From Cenococcum geophilum (lineage: Eukaryota), in contig CP158635.1 in assembly GCA_050273025.1 (NCBI GenBank), positions 2,914,001 to 2,978,000 on the forward strand: a stretch of DNA of 64,000 bases. The letters are read 5' to 3'. How positions within the stretch are numbered: position 1 is the stretch's first letter; the number at the start of each line of letters is the position of its first letter. Both the position numbers and the translations under genes were made by a program. Positions 13,601 through 27,337 of the stretch are shown here, piece by piece. The notes beneath the pieces were generated by a model. The model was given only the letters and a program-made list of their open reading frames with translations. It searched no databases and was not told where the DNA came from.

Positions 13601-16600
13601 TTTTACTGAATTAGGATAGACCCTGGGTCTAAGGATTTTACTATATTCTAGACCTATTACAGGACGTATAAATATAAGGTACTTCCTTTTAGACTAACTA
13701 ACGGACTAGCTACGTACCAGCGGTATATAAATAATGTACTCTTTAACTACCTTAACGACTTCTGTACGGCCTATCTAGATAATATTATAATCTACTTAGA
13801 AAATAAACTGGAATACAAGGAGCACGTCTATAAAGTCCTACAACGGCTCTATAAAGCTGGCCTTTAGGCCGATATTAAGAAGTTGGAATTTAGTATTAAG
13901 CGTATAAAGTACCTAGGTTTTATTATTAGTATAGACGGAATTAAGGCCGACCTAGAGAAAACAACCATAATTAACTAGTGGACGCCCCCATAGACCGTAA
14001 AAGGGGTGTAATTGTTTTTAGGTTTCTGTAACTTCTACTAACGCTTTATTAAGAACTATAGCAGGATCGCCTGGCCTCTTAACCGCCTTACTAGGAAAGA
14101 CCAGCCCTTTTACTTTAACGCTATGTGTATATAGGCCTTTAATAAGCTTAAAAAACGGCTAGTATCGGCCCCCCTACTTGCCCACTTTAACCCAGAATGG
14201 CCCTTAATGCTAGAAACTAATACCTTAGATAGCGTAATAGCCGGTGTTTTTTCCCAGAAGCAACCGGACAGAGAATAGCACCCTGTTATATACTATTTAA
14301 AGACTATAATAAATGCTAAACTGAACTACTATATCTATAATAAAGAAATGCTAGCTATTATCTCTAGCTTTTAGCACTGGCGTATACAGCTAGAGGGGAC
14401 CCCTAAACCTATTAAAGTAGTGTTAGATTATAAGGCCCTAGAATACTTTATAATAACTAAGGCCCTTATAGCCCGGTAGGCACGCTAGACGGATATCCTA
14501 TCTTAGTTTAACTTCTTAATTATATATAGACTAGGCGCTACGAACCGTACGGATGCTCTTACTAGGCGCGAATAAGACTTAAGTGACTATATAGCTGCGA
14601 AGATCTTATTACGGACCTAGACGCTACTATAACTAGAGCACCTTAACCCCCGGATATAGGTAGAACTAAGTATAGACTCCTTGGGCGCTAAGATGTATCC
14701 TATTAACCCTTTAGAACTTAACTTAATTAACGAATTACTGCAGATAAACCGTACGGCCCCTTCTCTATAGGAGTACCGTGAAAAGGCAAAGAACGTTACC
14801 AGCCTATGGTCCCTCAAAAATAGATTACTTAAGCATTAGGAACGGCTGGTAGTGGTAGAGGAATAGAACTTAAGGACTTGGCTTATTACTAAAGCATATA
14901 CCTAGGTCTCTACGGCTTACCCTAGAAAGAATAAGACCCGCAGGATTATTGGCAACCGCTACTACTGGCCTGGAATAGTTATAGATATCGACCGCTATAT
15001 ACGGAACTGCAACAACTGCTATAGGTCTATAATTCTACGAGATAAGACCCTAGGACTATTAAAACCCCTCCTAATACCCGACTGCCCCTAGTAATATATC
15101 TCTATAGACTTTTATAAGCTACCTCTAAACCGTAACGGATATAATATAGTTATAATCCTAGTTAACCGCTTTGGCAAGCGCCCGTTTTTAATTCCCTATT
15201 ATAAGAATATTGATGCTAAAGAGGCAGCCTAACTATATATCTACTACGTCTACTAAATTTACGGACTACTAGATACTATTGTATCTAACTACGGGCCGTA
15301 GTTTATATTAGCCTTTTAGAATAAGTTCACCCGGATCCTAGGCATTAAGCTAAAGCTTTCTACGGCATATCACCCAGACAGACGGTTAAACGGAAATTGT
15401 GAATTAATACTTGGACTAGAGACTCCGGCCTTTCGTTAACTACTTCTAGGATAACTAGGCCGAACTATTGCCCTTAATAGACTACGCCTAAGCGACCCTA
15501 CCCTACGACTCTACCGGATTTGCCCCTATTTAACTAGAAATGGGTTACCTACCCTATATAAGCTTTAACTGGGAAAGACTAAAAGGGCCCTAGACCGTAC
15601 GCGAAAAACTATCTTATGAGGAAGCTTAGCAGTACGCTAAGCGCTTAGAAGAAGCTTAGAAAGTAGCCTGTACGAACCTAGAAAAGGCCTAGAAATTAAT
15701 GGAATAGTAGGCAAATAAGTATAGGCGCGAGCCTGACTTTACTGTAGGCGATATGGTCTGGGTTATAATAAAGAACTAGAAGATAGAACGGCCTAGCCGT
15801 AAGCTGGACTATAAGATGGTAGGACCGTATAAGATTCTTAATAAAGTAGGTAACTTATATAAGGTTAAGCTCCCAGACTTAATTAAAGTCCACCCTATTT
15901 TCTTACCGGATAAGCTACGGAAAGCTATAAATAACCCACTACCTGGACAAAAGAATAAACCTCCCCTGTTAATTTAAGTTAATAACAATAATAAATGGGA
16001 AATTAAAGAAATACTGGCCTATAAACTTATAAAGGGAACGTTAAAGTATTGTATTAGTTGGAAAGGATATAACCTAGACCCCACTTAGTACCCTATATGG
16101 AACTTTATAGGTAGCCCCTATAAGCTTTAGAAGTTTTATAGCTATTACCCTAATAAACCCAGACCACTAAAGTACCTAAATAAGTGGATAGAATGCTGGT
16201 ATAATAAAGACGATAAGCTACTAGAAGAATATAAGGATAAAAACGCCCTAGAAATTTCTTAGTTACGTAAGGTGCTAAGATGTCTAGGAACTTTAACCGG
16301 TGGTTAAAGTTGTCTAATTAGTTAGATTCTCTTGCTAAGACTTTTAGCGGCAAAGCCTAAGGGTAGGCTTTTTTGGAGGGGGGGGTAATGTTACGGCACT
16401 AGTAGAACTTGGCAGAACTATGTACCGGTAAGTTGCCACAGATTGCCGTATATTGCGGTTATGTGACGCAAAGATCGTATATAGCTTCGAGCGGCGCTCC
16501 CCTTCTTCTCCTTTCCTTTCTTTAGCTTTAGATTCTCGTTTATAGACAATCCAATTGTACAGGCTTGCGCGACCCTTTTGCCGTGCTTATATCTCGATTG

Positions 16601-16615
16601 ACTAAGTCGCTAACA
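10639..16615 (+). mobile_element. Ty3/Gypsy chromovirus B nested in the chromodomain of A
   Basis: 227-bp LTRs at 10639-10865 and 16389-16615, TSD GATAG, and a G-rich PPT at about 16375-16385. Confidence 0.95.
10930..16260 (+). pseudogene. gag-pol of element B
   Basis: Gag remnant (AYVFGRTGGDAQ); [13 protein letters not shown]...[11 protein letters not shown] near 13395-13500; YLDNII near 13775; IYNKEMLAII; integrase; chromodomain about 15990-16140. Many RIP stops. Confidence 0.9.
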
Positions 16616-16749
16616 GATAGGCTATACTAAGACTACCTAGAAACTACTAGAGAATTTAAAAAATACTATAAAAAAGGTATAGGAGTATCGGAAGAAATTA
16701 GGTTAGGTAGCAGTAATAAAGAAGGATTACTAAAGAATAAGTTACCTAA

Positions 16750-17338
16750 GGGGGACCTAAGAAGAGCAGTTGCCGAACTACTTAGATCTATTTCCTTCTC
16801 TATTAGAAGAGAATCCGTTCTTTTATTACTAAGTTTATATAAACCTTATTTTATAAGTTTCTACTCCTTAAAATAGACCTTTTTACAAACCTTTTTAAGA
16901 TAGATTAACTAAGCGGACGCAATAAGACGAGATTTAAGAGCCCGTTGCTAAGTATTAGTAGCCTCCCGTTTTATATTATAGAAACGGCATAACTCCGCTA
17001 GAGTAATAGATAGTTTATTATCTAGCCGTATAGCAGCAGATTAAATATAAGACCTTAAGACAAATTAATTAGGGAACTAGATAACTATTAAGAGTAATAA
17101 GTTATATATATTTGGTATTAAAGATAAAGCGAATGTTATAGGACGAGCGAATATTTGCTTTAGTGCACTCTAAGTAAAAAGACGGTTATTGCGAAGATGG
17201 ACTCGCTAACATAATATAGGCTAATCCCTCTTTTAAACAGCAAGAATACGGAGATAGTATAATCTCACTAAGAGATAATATTATAGCTATAGTGCGAACA
17301 TAACGAGCAGTTAAAGATAAAGAAATTGCTTTAGGTAT
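16750..17338 (-). pseudogene. Antisense accessory ORF of element A with a Zn(II)2Cys6-like motif
   Basis: Minus strand reads (M)PKAISLSLTARYVRTIAIILSLSEIILSPYSCCLKEGLAYIMLASPSSQ*PSFYLECTKANIRSSYNIR. Reverting four Tyr codons to Cys (G>A RIP) gives C-x2-C-x6-C-x13-C-x2-C-x8-C. The 3' extent is uncertain. Confidence 0.55.
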
Positions 17339-17446
17339 AATAAGTAAAGATATTAACTAAATTAATTAGACGGATACTATACCTTTAGTAAATAACTTAG
17401 AGATACTAAGGATCTTTAAAGACAAAGATAAAGAGGAGGGAGATAG

Positions 17447-17870
17447 TGTTATGGACGCTTTAAGTATAATATTATAACTACTTAGAGAGGAGTCGGAAGA
17501 AGCTAGTTAGTTAATTTAGGCACGGTCTAGGATGGAGCCGATAGAACTATATAACGAGGAATGGTAACTAAGGTTATATAATGTAATCTATATAATCTAT
17601 ATAATCTATAAGATCTATAATAGAGCAGATAGAGCACACGTTTATTATATATAAGAAGGATTTTATAGGAGTACGGTTGTGTATTTAAGGACCCTTAGTC
17701 CCTACCTAGATAGTTCCTTCCTTATAGTAATTCTTAGAATATAATTAGAGTTAATTTATTAGGCAACCACTCCACTAGTTATTATTACGTTATTAACTTT
17801 AATTTACATTACCTATATACCTAGCCTATTAACGAGCCTATTGTAGTACTTGCTATAAGGTTCCGTTACA
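17447..17870 (+). repeat. 3' LTR of element A
   Basis: TGTTATGG...CCGTTACA followed by TSD CCTAA. Confidence 0.95.
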
Positions 17871-18055
17871 CCTAAACACCTAATAAGGTTAGTTTTTACA
17901 AAAAGGATAATAATATAAAAGGCGATATATAAGAGGATATAGTTTAGGCAGGTGTATAAAAAATATACCTTAACTACCTTAGGGACTTGGAAGGCTATGG
18001 TGAAGCTAAGATAAGTTTACTTAAGCTATAGTCGTTTACAGTCATTGACGAAATA

Positions 18056-18816
18056 TCATGAACTCGCTTAGAGCCGTATGTCGCGCATCGCCCACCCTAT
18101 AACTTTATTAATATAGCTTTATATTTTATAAATAGGGCCTTATTTTATAGCCCTCTATTAAAGCTATAAAACTAGCCCCTATTTATATAATTTAGAGCTA
18201 TATTGGTAGGACTATAAGGGGTAGAGCCGAACGTCGCGTATTATCCACCCTATTAAGACAATACACCCCCTATAACTTTACTAATATAGCTCCAATTTAT
18301 ATAAATAGTAGCTGATTTTATAGCTTTATTCTAGAGCTATAAAATAAGACTTTATTTTTAAAATATAAAGCTATATTAGTAAAGCTATAGGGGGTGTCTT
18401 TCTAGGGCTGCGGAAACTTAAATTGAGGCTTTACGCTAACTAATTTTAGCTACCCCACCCCAAAAACTAATACCCATAATACCCTCTATAGTCCTACTAA
18501 TATAGCTCTAATTTATATAAATAAGGGCTATAAAATAAGGCCCTATTTATAAAATATAAAGCTATATTAGTAAAGTTATAGGGGGTATATTGTCTTAATA
18601 AGGTGGATAATATGCGACGTTCGGCTCTACCCCTTATAGTCCTACTAATATAGCTCTAAATTATATAAATAGGGGCTAGTTTTATAGCTTTAATAGAGGG
18701 CTATAAAATAAGGCCCTATTTATATAATATAAAGCTATATTAGTAAAGTTATAGGGGGTGTATTGTTTTAATAGGGTGGGCGATGCGGCTCTTTCGCGTC
18801 CTAAGCGAGTTCACGA
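18056..18816. mobile_element. Foldback/MITE-like element with long internal inverted and subterminal repeats
   Basis: TA|TCATGAACTCGCTTAG ... CTAAGCGAGTTCACGA|TA; about 18095-18290 is mirrored at about 18560-18780. Confidence 0.8.
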
Positions 18817-18841
18817 TATAGTCGTTTTAATAATATCGGTA

Positions 18842-19325
18842 CTGTCGGTTGCAAAAGATAGGAAACTCGCTAAAGAGCCACGACGCGCGCATTTACCTTA
18901 CCATTAAAACAATATACCCCCTATAGCCCTACTAATATAGCTCCAATTTATATAAATAAAGGCTTATTTTATAGCTTTACTTTAAGGCTATAAAATAAAG
19001 TTTTATTGATATAATTTAAAGCCAAATTGGTAGAGCTATAGGGGGTGCTTTATAAAGGCTGTAAAACTCAGATTAAGGCTCTGCGCTAACTAATTTAGGC
19101 ACTCTCCCCCCAAAAACGAACACCCCCTATAGCTCTACCAATTTAGCTTCAAATTATATCAATAAAACTTTATTTTATAGCCTTAAAGTAGAGCTATAAA
19201 ATAAGCCTTTATTTATATAAATTGGAGCTATATTAGTAGGGCTATAGGGGGTATATTGTTTTGATGGTGGGGTGGATACGCGCGTCGTGGCTCTTAGCGA
19301 GTTTCCTATCTTTTATAACCGACAG
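18842..19325. mobile_element. Tc1/mariner-type MITE (almost wholly palindromic)
   Basis: TA|CTGTCGGTTGCAAAAGATAGGAAACTCGC ... GCGAGTTTCCTATCTTTTATAACCGACAG|TA. The TIR start resembles that of the Tc1 element at 19902. Confidence 0.9.
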
Positions 19326-19327
19326 TA

Positions 19328-19899
19328 CAGGGTCTAGGAGGTTCGGTATCCCCCCCCCCCGTGCGCGCAGCAGCGGTGGCATCTAATTTCGCTTGAGCTT
19401 CGCCTAAACTAGTATGTAGAGCTAGCAGGAAGGGGTATAGTACGTGGTTAGGGCTTAAATCACGGCTCTAAGCTCAATCTGAAGCTATTCTGAACTCCTC
19501 TCCGTCACCAAAAGTCGTGGTATTATAAAGCCTCTTTCTCCTATTAATATAAGCTCTAAACGCGGGCATATATATACATACCGGCGCCGGCTATAAGAAG
19601 GATTTAAATTAATGGCGTACTGCTAGTCACCCAATTTAGAGCTATATTAAGGAAGGCAACGGGGTAAAACACCAAGATCTAGAGGTGATATTACAACTTG
19701 GTAGGGGAGAGGAGTTTAGAATAGCTTCAAAATCGAGCTCAGAGCTCCGAATTCGAGGTGGGCCGTGGTTCAAGCCCTAACCACGTACTACACCCCTTCC
19801 TGCTAGCTCTACATACTAGTTTAGGCGAAGCTCAAGCGAAATTAGATGCCACCGCTGCTGCGCGCACGGGGGGGGGGACACCGAACCTCCCGGACCCTA
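19328..19899. mobile_element. MITE with about 140-bp or longer TIRs, TA-flanked
   Basis: CAGGGTCTAGGAGGTTCGGT...CACGGC is mirrored by GCCGTG...ACCGAACCTCCCGGACCCTA. Confidence 0.9.
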
Positions 19900-20017
19900 T
19901 ATTGTCGCTTGCAAAAGATCGGTAAAAATCGCCAAGCTAAAAGAGCCGTATTGCACCCCACCAAAATTCGTATAAGGGGTAATTCTTTTAATTTCAACTA
20001 CCACAATTAAGGTTAAT

Positions 20018-20976
20018 ATGGGTCGCCGCCTTCCTGATGAAGTTATTCATAGAATTAGGATTCGCATTAAAGCCAATCAGGATATAGCGACTATTGCGGC
20101 TGCAGTAAAGGTGGCCAAGAAGACGATTTACAAGATACAATTAAACCTTAATATTTGGGGCGAACTGTACGCGCCTCCTACTATAGTCTAAGGTCGACTA
20201 AGAGCTCTGCTACCTTACTAAGAAATGGTAATATATACAGTTATAGTGTTAAGCTTTTTACTTACTGTTTATGCAGCGCCTTTTTAACTTCCTTAAAGAT
20301 TAGCTAATAGCGTATTTAGATAAGATATAGACTTTCCTATTTAACGAATTTAATATTTAAGTCTCTACTGTAACTGTCTGCCGTACTCTTAAGAGAGCTT
20401 CCTAGTTATAAAAGGCGGTTACAGCTTAGGCGGCGTAAAGGAGCGCTCCCCTCTATAATGCCTAGATTAGTATATAAAAGAGCTAGGTAGTAGAGCAGCT
20501 TATATTTTTTAACAAGTTAGCAGTAAATAAAAGGACTAGTAATAGGAAGTACGGCTAGTTACTAGAAGGGACTATATATAGTATAGCACGCGTACTTAAA
20601 AGGTTAGAGAGGTAGAGTATTCTACTAGCGTTAGCAGTTAATAGATACCTTAGCTACCTTATCTTTTAAGGTTTATTACGTCTATAATATTTAAAGCCTT
20701 TATAGAGGAGTAGGTACTACCTTATTATATACTATATCTAGGGCCACAATTAGTCCTTATTCTTAACAACGCGGCAATTTATAAATTAATACGGCTTTAA
20801 GAGCTTTATAAGCAACACGGCGTCTTACTAAAATTCCTACTACTATACTTACCAGATTATAATCCTATTAAGGCTATATTTAATAACGTTAAGGCTTAGA
20901 TTTAAAGGAACTAGCGGCTAGTTAAGGACTTTAAGAGCTTTAAGAGCTTCTTACATTTTACTGTTAGTTAAGTATA
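20018..20976 (+). pseudogene. Tc1/IS630-family DDE transposase
   Basis: MGRRLPDEVIHRIRIRIKANQDIATIAAAVKV (HTH); intron about 20228-20277; LIFFNK (DE), VLILNNAAIYK (DNA..H), LLLYLPDYNPIK (PYSPDYNPIE). Confidence 0.85.
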
Positions 20977-23900
20977 TATCACGGAACCCTACCGCAGGGG
21001 CCTCTATAGGAGAGCCCCGTGCTCTCGCGTATACCTCGCGTACAGCTTATATCAGCTACGCGTAGGTATATCACCTCCTTACGCCCTTAACCCTTACGAT
21101 CGATCGCGCAACGTCTTGTAGACTCCTCGAATACATACGCTTTGTAGCCACTGCCCCCGTCCCATAACATTACGTTACGCCTTTTTTACCACTAACGCTT
21201 AGCCTACGACCAATTCTACGTCTTTGTAATACTACAGGCGCTGCCAAAAGCAGCATATCTACGAATTACCTCACTTTATACTTCTAAGGAACCTATAATA
21301 GTAAAACAATATCCCTTACTAGCTATTATATTAAACCTAAAGAATAATCTAATACCTATACCTAACCTACAACGCTAATTAATCCCAGGAGAATTTAATT
21401 TATTAGCCCTAGCCTTAACCCCTAAGGAGACGGACACTAATAATATCTTATCTTTTATTAACTATATAACTACGAACAAGTAAACGGAAGGGCTACTACC
21501 TATTAAAATCAAAATACGAGACGCCGAGACGTTTATAAAAATGGTAGCATAAGACCCTAATAAATACTACCGCCTTCTATAGAACTATTACCTAAAGCTT
21601 ATACGAGCCAAGATACATACTGCTTAAGATTACGATATTATCCAAGACCTATAAGCTTGTAAGGCGCTCGCCGATAATACATATTAAGAAACTAAAGACG
21701 ACCTTTGCGTGTCTGAACGCGACGTCTAATAGTTAAAAAAGGCTAAGATTGTACTAATTGCTACGGTTACTAAAAAAGAAGGTATAATTAAATACCTATA
21801 ATCTTAGCTTAATAAGCATATTCGTAACAACGCTAGATACCTCTCTACTATATATAACGCCACCTAAGTCTCTACGCCCCTAGTAACTTTACCTACTTAA
21901 CGCTTAACGGAGGGCTAGCGCTAAGCAGCTTTACCTAATAAAAACCCCTACTAAAGTAGCGATAATAAAAGCTATAATAATCGGACCTAAACTGCTACCG
22001 TAGGGTCTAATATACGCTACCCTAATCCCCTAGTCTTTTAGGGAGACCGTAAGGAATATAGCTACTAAAAGATGCAAATCCATAAGAAACTAACTTAGAG
22101 TGCCTACCTTTTTCCTACAGAAGACACTAAAATCGGCTATATTATTGGGCGAATAAAGGGTACACCATTTAATAGACTCTTCGCCCGATGGGAGACTAGT
22201 GGCCCCTAAAAGTAGTAGTCCTACTAAGAAGTCCTTAACAATCTCGACCTAATATACTGTAACTATAACCTACTGGCCACCAACTAAGCTAAACTACGTG
22301 CCCTAAAGATAAGCCCTACTAAATTATTCGATAAATTCTATATTAAATTCTAAGAATACACCGAAGCCCTCGCCTAAGACGATACTAAAAACCAGAAGGA
22401 CCTCCTTAAAAAAGTTACTTATCGCCTTAGTTACGCAGCCGCCAGCCACAACTATAACAATATTTATAATATGGTAGCAGCTCTATAGAAGATTAAACGA
22501 CAACTAAATTAGATTACTACTACTAACCCTTACCTAAAGACCTCCCTATAGAAGCCCCCCGGGCCTACTAAACCTATATATATTAAGCCACTAACGCCTA
22601 CTACCTTAAGTACTACCGGAACTAATATTAATTTCTCTATATTAACCTTCTCATAGAAACTCCTAGATGGAGAGCGCGAGCTACTCTAGAAACTAGGACG
22701 CTGCTATAAATGCCGTTAAGAAGGCTGTTATCGCAATAACCTAAACTACCTAATGGCTAGGTTTAGTAGCTACCGCCTAATACTTAACCTAATACCCCAA
22801 ACACTAAATACGTTGCTACGCGCCACTACTATATAAGATAAAGACGTAGTAATAGCGGTAGAGTCGGATACGGAAACGGAAAACGCTAAGTCCTAGCCCT
22901 AAGTTATAGGTTGGGATGCCCTAATAACGGAGGGATCTATATATCGGCTTGCTTAATAGATAACTCTATAAAAATAAATAGACGGAAATAGATAGTTTTA
23001 CCTATAATAGGAACTACTACTAAAAAATAATATAAAAGCCGTTCTATAATTAATTACGGAGCTACTAATAAATTTATAGATACCTAATTCGTGCGCACTT
23101 ATAACCTACCTACCTTACCCCTTACTAAAGCCCGCGCCCTATAACTCGCTAACGGTAATTATACCGCATAGAAGATTACCTATATGGTATAACTCTACCT
23201 AGATATAAATAGGCACTAGGAAGAACTCTGGGCCTATATAACACTACTTACTAACTACCCTATTATCCTTAGAATAAACTAGCTCGAATAATATAACCCC
23301 GCTATTAACTAGAAGAAAAAAGAAGTAACCTTTAACTCTAAATACTGTAGAGAGACTTGCCTAGGGCATAGCCTAGCCACCTCTATTTACTCCCTAGGAT
23401 ATCAACCTAAGGAACCCCTTATTACCCCACCTATAACTAACTGCTACTATATAAGTGCCCCGGCCTTCTACTATATAGCATATAAGAAAGGCTAGACCGT
23501 TACTATAGCTTCCTAATTACAACTATATAAGCTTAATAAAGAATAGGACTACGTCCTCTATAGCAATAGGATAGACATAGTTGACCTTTTAGAAGACAAC
23601 GCCCCTACGGAACTCTACAGACTTTTACCTTTAGACTTTAAGAAGTTTATAAAGCTTAAAAAAGGACTTACCAACGAAGAACTCCGCAAGCTCCTCCTTA
23701 AGAGGTACTATAACTTTACCGATATGTGCTTATAAAAGAGTGTAGATACACTCCCCCTATATTAACCTAATAACTATACTATTAATATTAAATAAGGAAA
23801 AATGCTACCTTATAAGAGACCCTACCTAATATTAAAAGACGAGCTTCTAGTTATAAAAAAGTATATTAACAAGCACCTTAATAAAGGATTTATTCGTCCT

Positions 23901-26900
23901 AGCATATTACCAGCAGCCGCCCCTATCCTTCTCGCTAAGAAGCTAGGAGGAGGTATCTAATTCTATATTAACTATAGAGGACTTAACGCTATTACGATTA
24001 AAAACTAATACCTAGTACCGCTTATATATAAGACCCTTAAGCGGCTTAGTTAAGCTAAAATCTATACTAAGCTTGATATTATTGCCGCCTTTAACTATCT
24101 CTAAATACGGGAAGGTAACAAATAGAAAACCGTATTCGCATCGCGCTTCGGCCAATTTAAATATACCGTTATGCCCTTTAGGGTATATAACGGCCTAGGT
24201 ACCTTTTAAAGCTACATTAATAACGCCTTACGGGACTACCTTAACGACTTCTACTCTGCGTACCTGGACGACATACTTATTTATAGCGATAACTCCTCTA
24301 AGTATACTAAACACGTTTAAAAGGTTCTACAGCGCCTTAGGGACGTAGGACTTTATATTAATTTAAAGAAATGCGAATTCTTAGTTATAGAAGTAAAATA
24401 CCTTAAACTAATTATTACTACTAAGGGTGTCTATATAGACCCCAAGAAGGTATATATAATTACTAAATAGTAAGCCCCTAACTGCATTAAGGACGTATAA
24501 GCCTTTCTTAGTTTCGCCAACTTCTATCAGAAATTCATATATAACTTCTTAGGCGTAGTAGCACTACTTATAGCAATAATACGAACGAAGGGCCTTTCTA
24601 TAAAAGGAAGAAAAACGCACCTACGCTTTACCTAGACGCCTAAATGCGAGAAGGCGTTCTAAGACCTTAAAAATGCCTTTACTAAAGCATTTATCTTAGC
24701 TTACTTTACACCAGGATAATAACTCTACCTTAAAACTAACTCCTTAGACCACGTTAATGTAGGCGTCCTTTCTTAGATAGGTAATAACGGTCTCCTTTAC
24801 CCAGTCGCATTTTACTCGTCTAAGCTTATACTATAAGAGTGTAACTATAAGATCTATAATAAAGAACTCCTTATAATTATATAAGCGTTTAAAGAATTCC
24901 AACTAGAACTCTCCTTAGTAGAGCCTAACTAGCCAACTAAAGTCCTTACGGACTATTATAATCTTAAGTACTTTATAACTATAAAGTAGCTAAACTAACG
25001 CCAAGCACGTTAGAACGAGTTCCTCTCTAGTTTTAACTTTAAAATTATATATAGACTAGGAGTATAAGGTACTAAACCTAATAGCCTAATACGCCGCTCG
25101 TAAGACCTTCCTTAGTTTAAAAATAACCCCTGTAATTAGTTCCAATAACAGACAATCCTAAAAGCACGAAATTTGGCCTTAGGTATACTACCTACAATAG
25201 AGCTAACTATACCCTAGCTTTATACTATAGAACTAAAGTTACCTTCTAAAATTAATAAGCTTATTATTACGGTATATAACGCCTCTATTAACCTATTACT
25301 ATATTAACTTATTACCGCAAAGACCGCTAGCGCCCATACGCTGCCTACTAACCTCTAAAGCTTAGGCCAAATTAATATAGTAGCCTTAGAAGTAAAAGAG
25401 AACAGGCTCTATTATAGAGGCCGCCTATTTATCCCTAACTTAGAAAATCTATAACAGCAACTAATCTAAATAGCCTACGACCTCCGATTAAGCGGCCATC
25501 TAGGTAGAAAAGGAACCTATAAGCTTCTTAGCCGATACTACTTCTGGCCAAAAATAATAGACTTAGTTAAACGCTTTATAGGCGCCTGCTATAGTTATAA
25601 GCGCGCTAAGGCCTTTAATATAAAGTACTAAGGACTACTATACCCTCTACTAGTACCTATATAACGATGGGTAGATATCGCTATAGATTTTATTGTTGAC
25701 CTATTACCCTGTAAATGACACGGCCGTACCTATAAGAACATCCTTATAATAATATACCGACTTATAAAAGAGCGCCACTACGTCCCAACTAAAGGCGTAG
25801 CCGTTAGCGACGTTACTAACGCCTTCCGCGAAGTCTACTAACTATATAGGCTACCTAACTTAATTACGTCCGACTGAGGTATATAATTTAACTCTAATAT
25901 ATAGAGACGAATCTACTAACGCCTTAGCATCTCTGTTAAGATGTCTATATCCTTCTACTATAAAACTACTGGGTAACTAGAAAACGCTAATACTAGTATA
26001 AAAGCGTACCTATGACAGGTAGTCGCCTATAATTAAGATGACTGGGTAGATTACCTCCTACTAGGTAAATTCGCAGCGAATAACTACGTCTTAACCACTA
26101 CAGGACTTACCCCGTTCTTCGTGAATAAGGGTTATTACCCCTAATCCGGCATAGAGCCACCAGAACCTATTAATAAGAAACTGCTATATAGAAAACGCTT
26201 TAAGATGCTACTTACCGACCAGTATATAGACTATATAAAAAATCTACTCAACTACTGCAAGGGAGAAATGGCCTAGGCTTAAGCAAAGTAGGCCTACTTC
26301 GCTAACCGTTATAAAACGCTACCACTGGAGATGCGTGTTGGCGACTAGGTATAGCTAGATATACGTAATATCTCTATGCAGAGGCCTATAAAGTCACTCG
26401 ATTATAAGAACCTTAGCCCCTATTTAATTAAACAAGTTATTAATAGGGGAGCCGTATATAAGCTAGAACTCCTACTTACCCTAGCTACCCGCGGGATATA
26501 GCCCATATTTTACCTATAGCTACTATACCTCTATTAGCCTAACCCCTTACCAGGGCAGATATAGCTTAAACCCCTACTAGTACTAATCCGAGATAAGAAT
26601 AAAGACAAAAACTATAAGAAGTGGACCGTTAAACGAATTATTAACTCTAAATACTTTAGTAAAGGCAGAGGACGATGGCTCTACTACAGAGCTATATATA
26701 CAGGATTCGACATAGATTAGCCAGAATGGCAACTATAGGAAGACTTTAAAAATGCAAAGGATCTAATTAGCGACTTTTACTACGCGAACCTATAGAAACT
26801 AGGCCTAAGTAGAGACTTTATACCTAATCCTCTATAGGAGCCCTTATAGAGTTAAACCGTTATATATTACCACGTAAGGGTAAATTGCCGTTAGATTGCC

Positions 26901-27337
26901 GTTAGATTGCGGTAAAGTGCGATTACGTAACTGGAATATCGTTAAGATGTCTAGGAACTTTAACCGGCGGTTAAAGTTATCTAATTAGTCGGATTCTTAG
27001 ATGCCAAGCCCTATTATATAACGTTGTTTTAAGCCTTTAGCAATACCCCCCTTTTTCTTCTTTTCTATACCTTAAGTGTCTCTTCTATATATATATAGTA
27101 ACCATAACGTCGCCAGAGCTCCGCCTCTATAAGAGGGGGGGTAGTATTACGGAACCCTACCGCAGGGGCCTCTATAGGAGAGCCCTGTGCTCTCGCGTAT
27201 ACCTCGCGTACAGCTTATATCAGCTACGCGTAGGTATATCACCTCCTTACGCCCTCGACCCTTACGATTGATCGCGCAACGTCTTGTAGACTCCTCGAAT
27301 ACATACGCTTTGTAGCCACTACCCCCGTCCCATAACA
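20977..27337 (+). mobile_element. Ty3/Gypsy chromovirus C nested in the Tc1 transposase
   Basis: 193-bp LTRs at 20977-21169 and 27145-27337, TSD GTATA, PPT AAGAGGGGGGG; RT KGFIRPS near 23885; AYLDDILIYS near 24260; integrase and chromodomain to about 26830. Confidence 0.95.

Larger units (their letters stand above)
1981..17870 (+). mobile_element. Ty3/Gypsy chromovirus LTR retrotransposon A (RIP-inactivated; about 7.9 kb once two nested insertions are removed)
   Basis: 424-bp LTRs at 1981-2404 and 17447-17870 (TG...CA in the 3' copy), TSD CCTAA on both sides, PPT AAAGAGGAGGGAG before the 3' LTR, and gag, PR, RT, RH, IN and chromodomain remnants. Confidence 0.95.

Noticed and set aside
16277..16328. 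Shared module as a hammerhead ribozyme
   Set aside because: No CUGANGA/GAAA core with the required stems on either strand, even after de-RIP.
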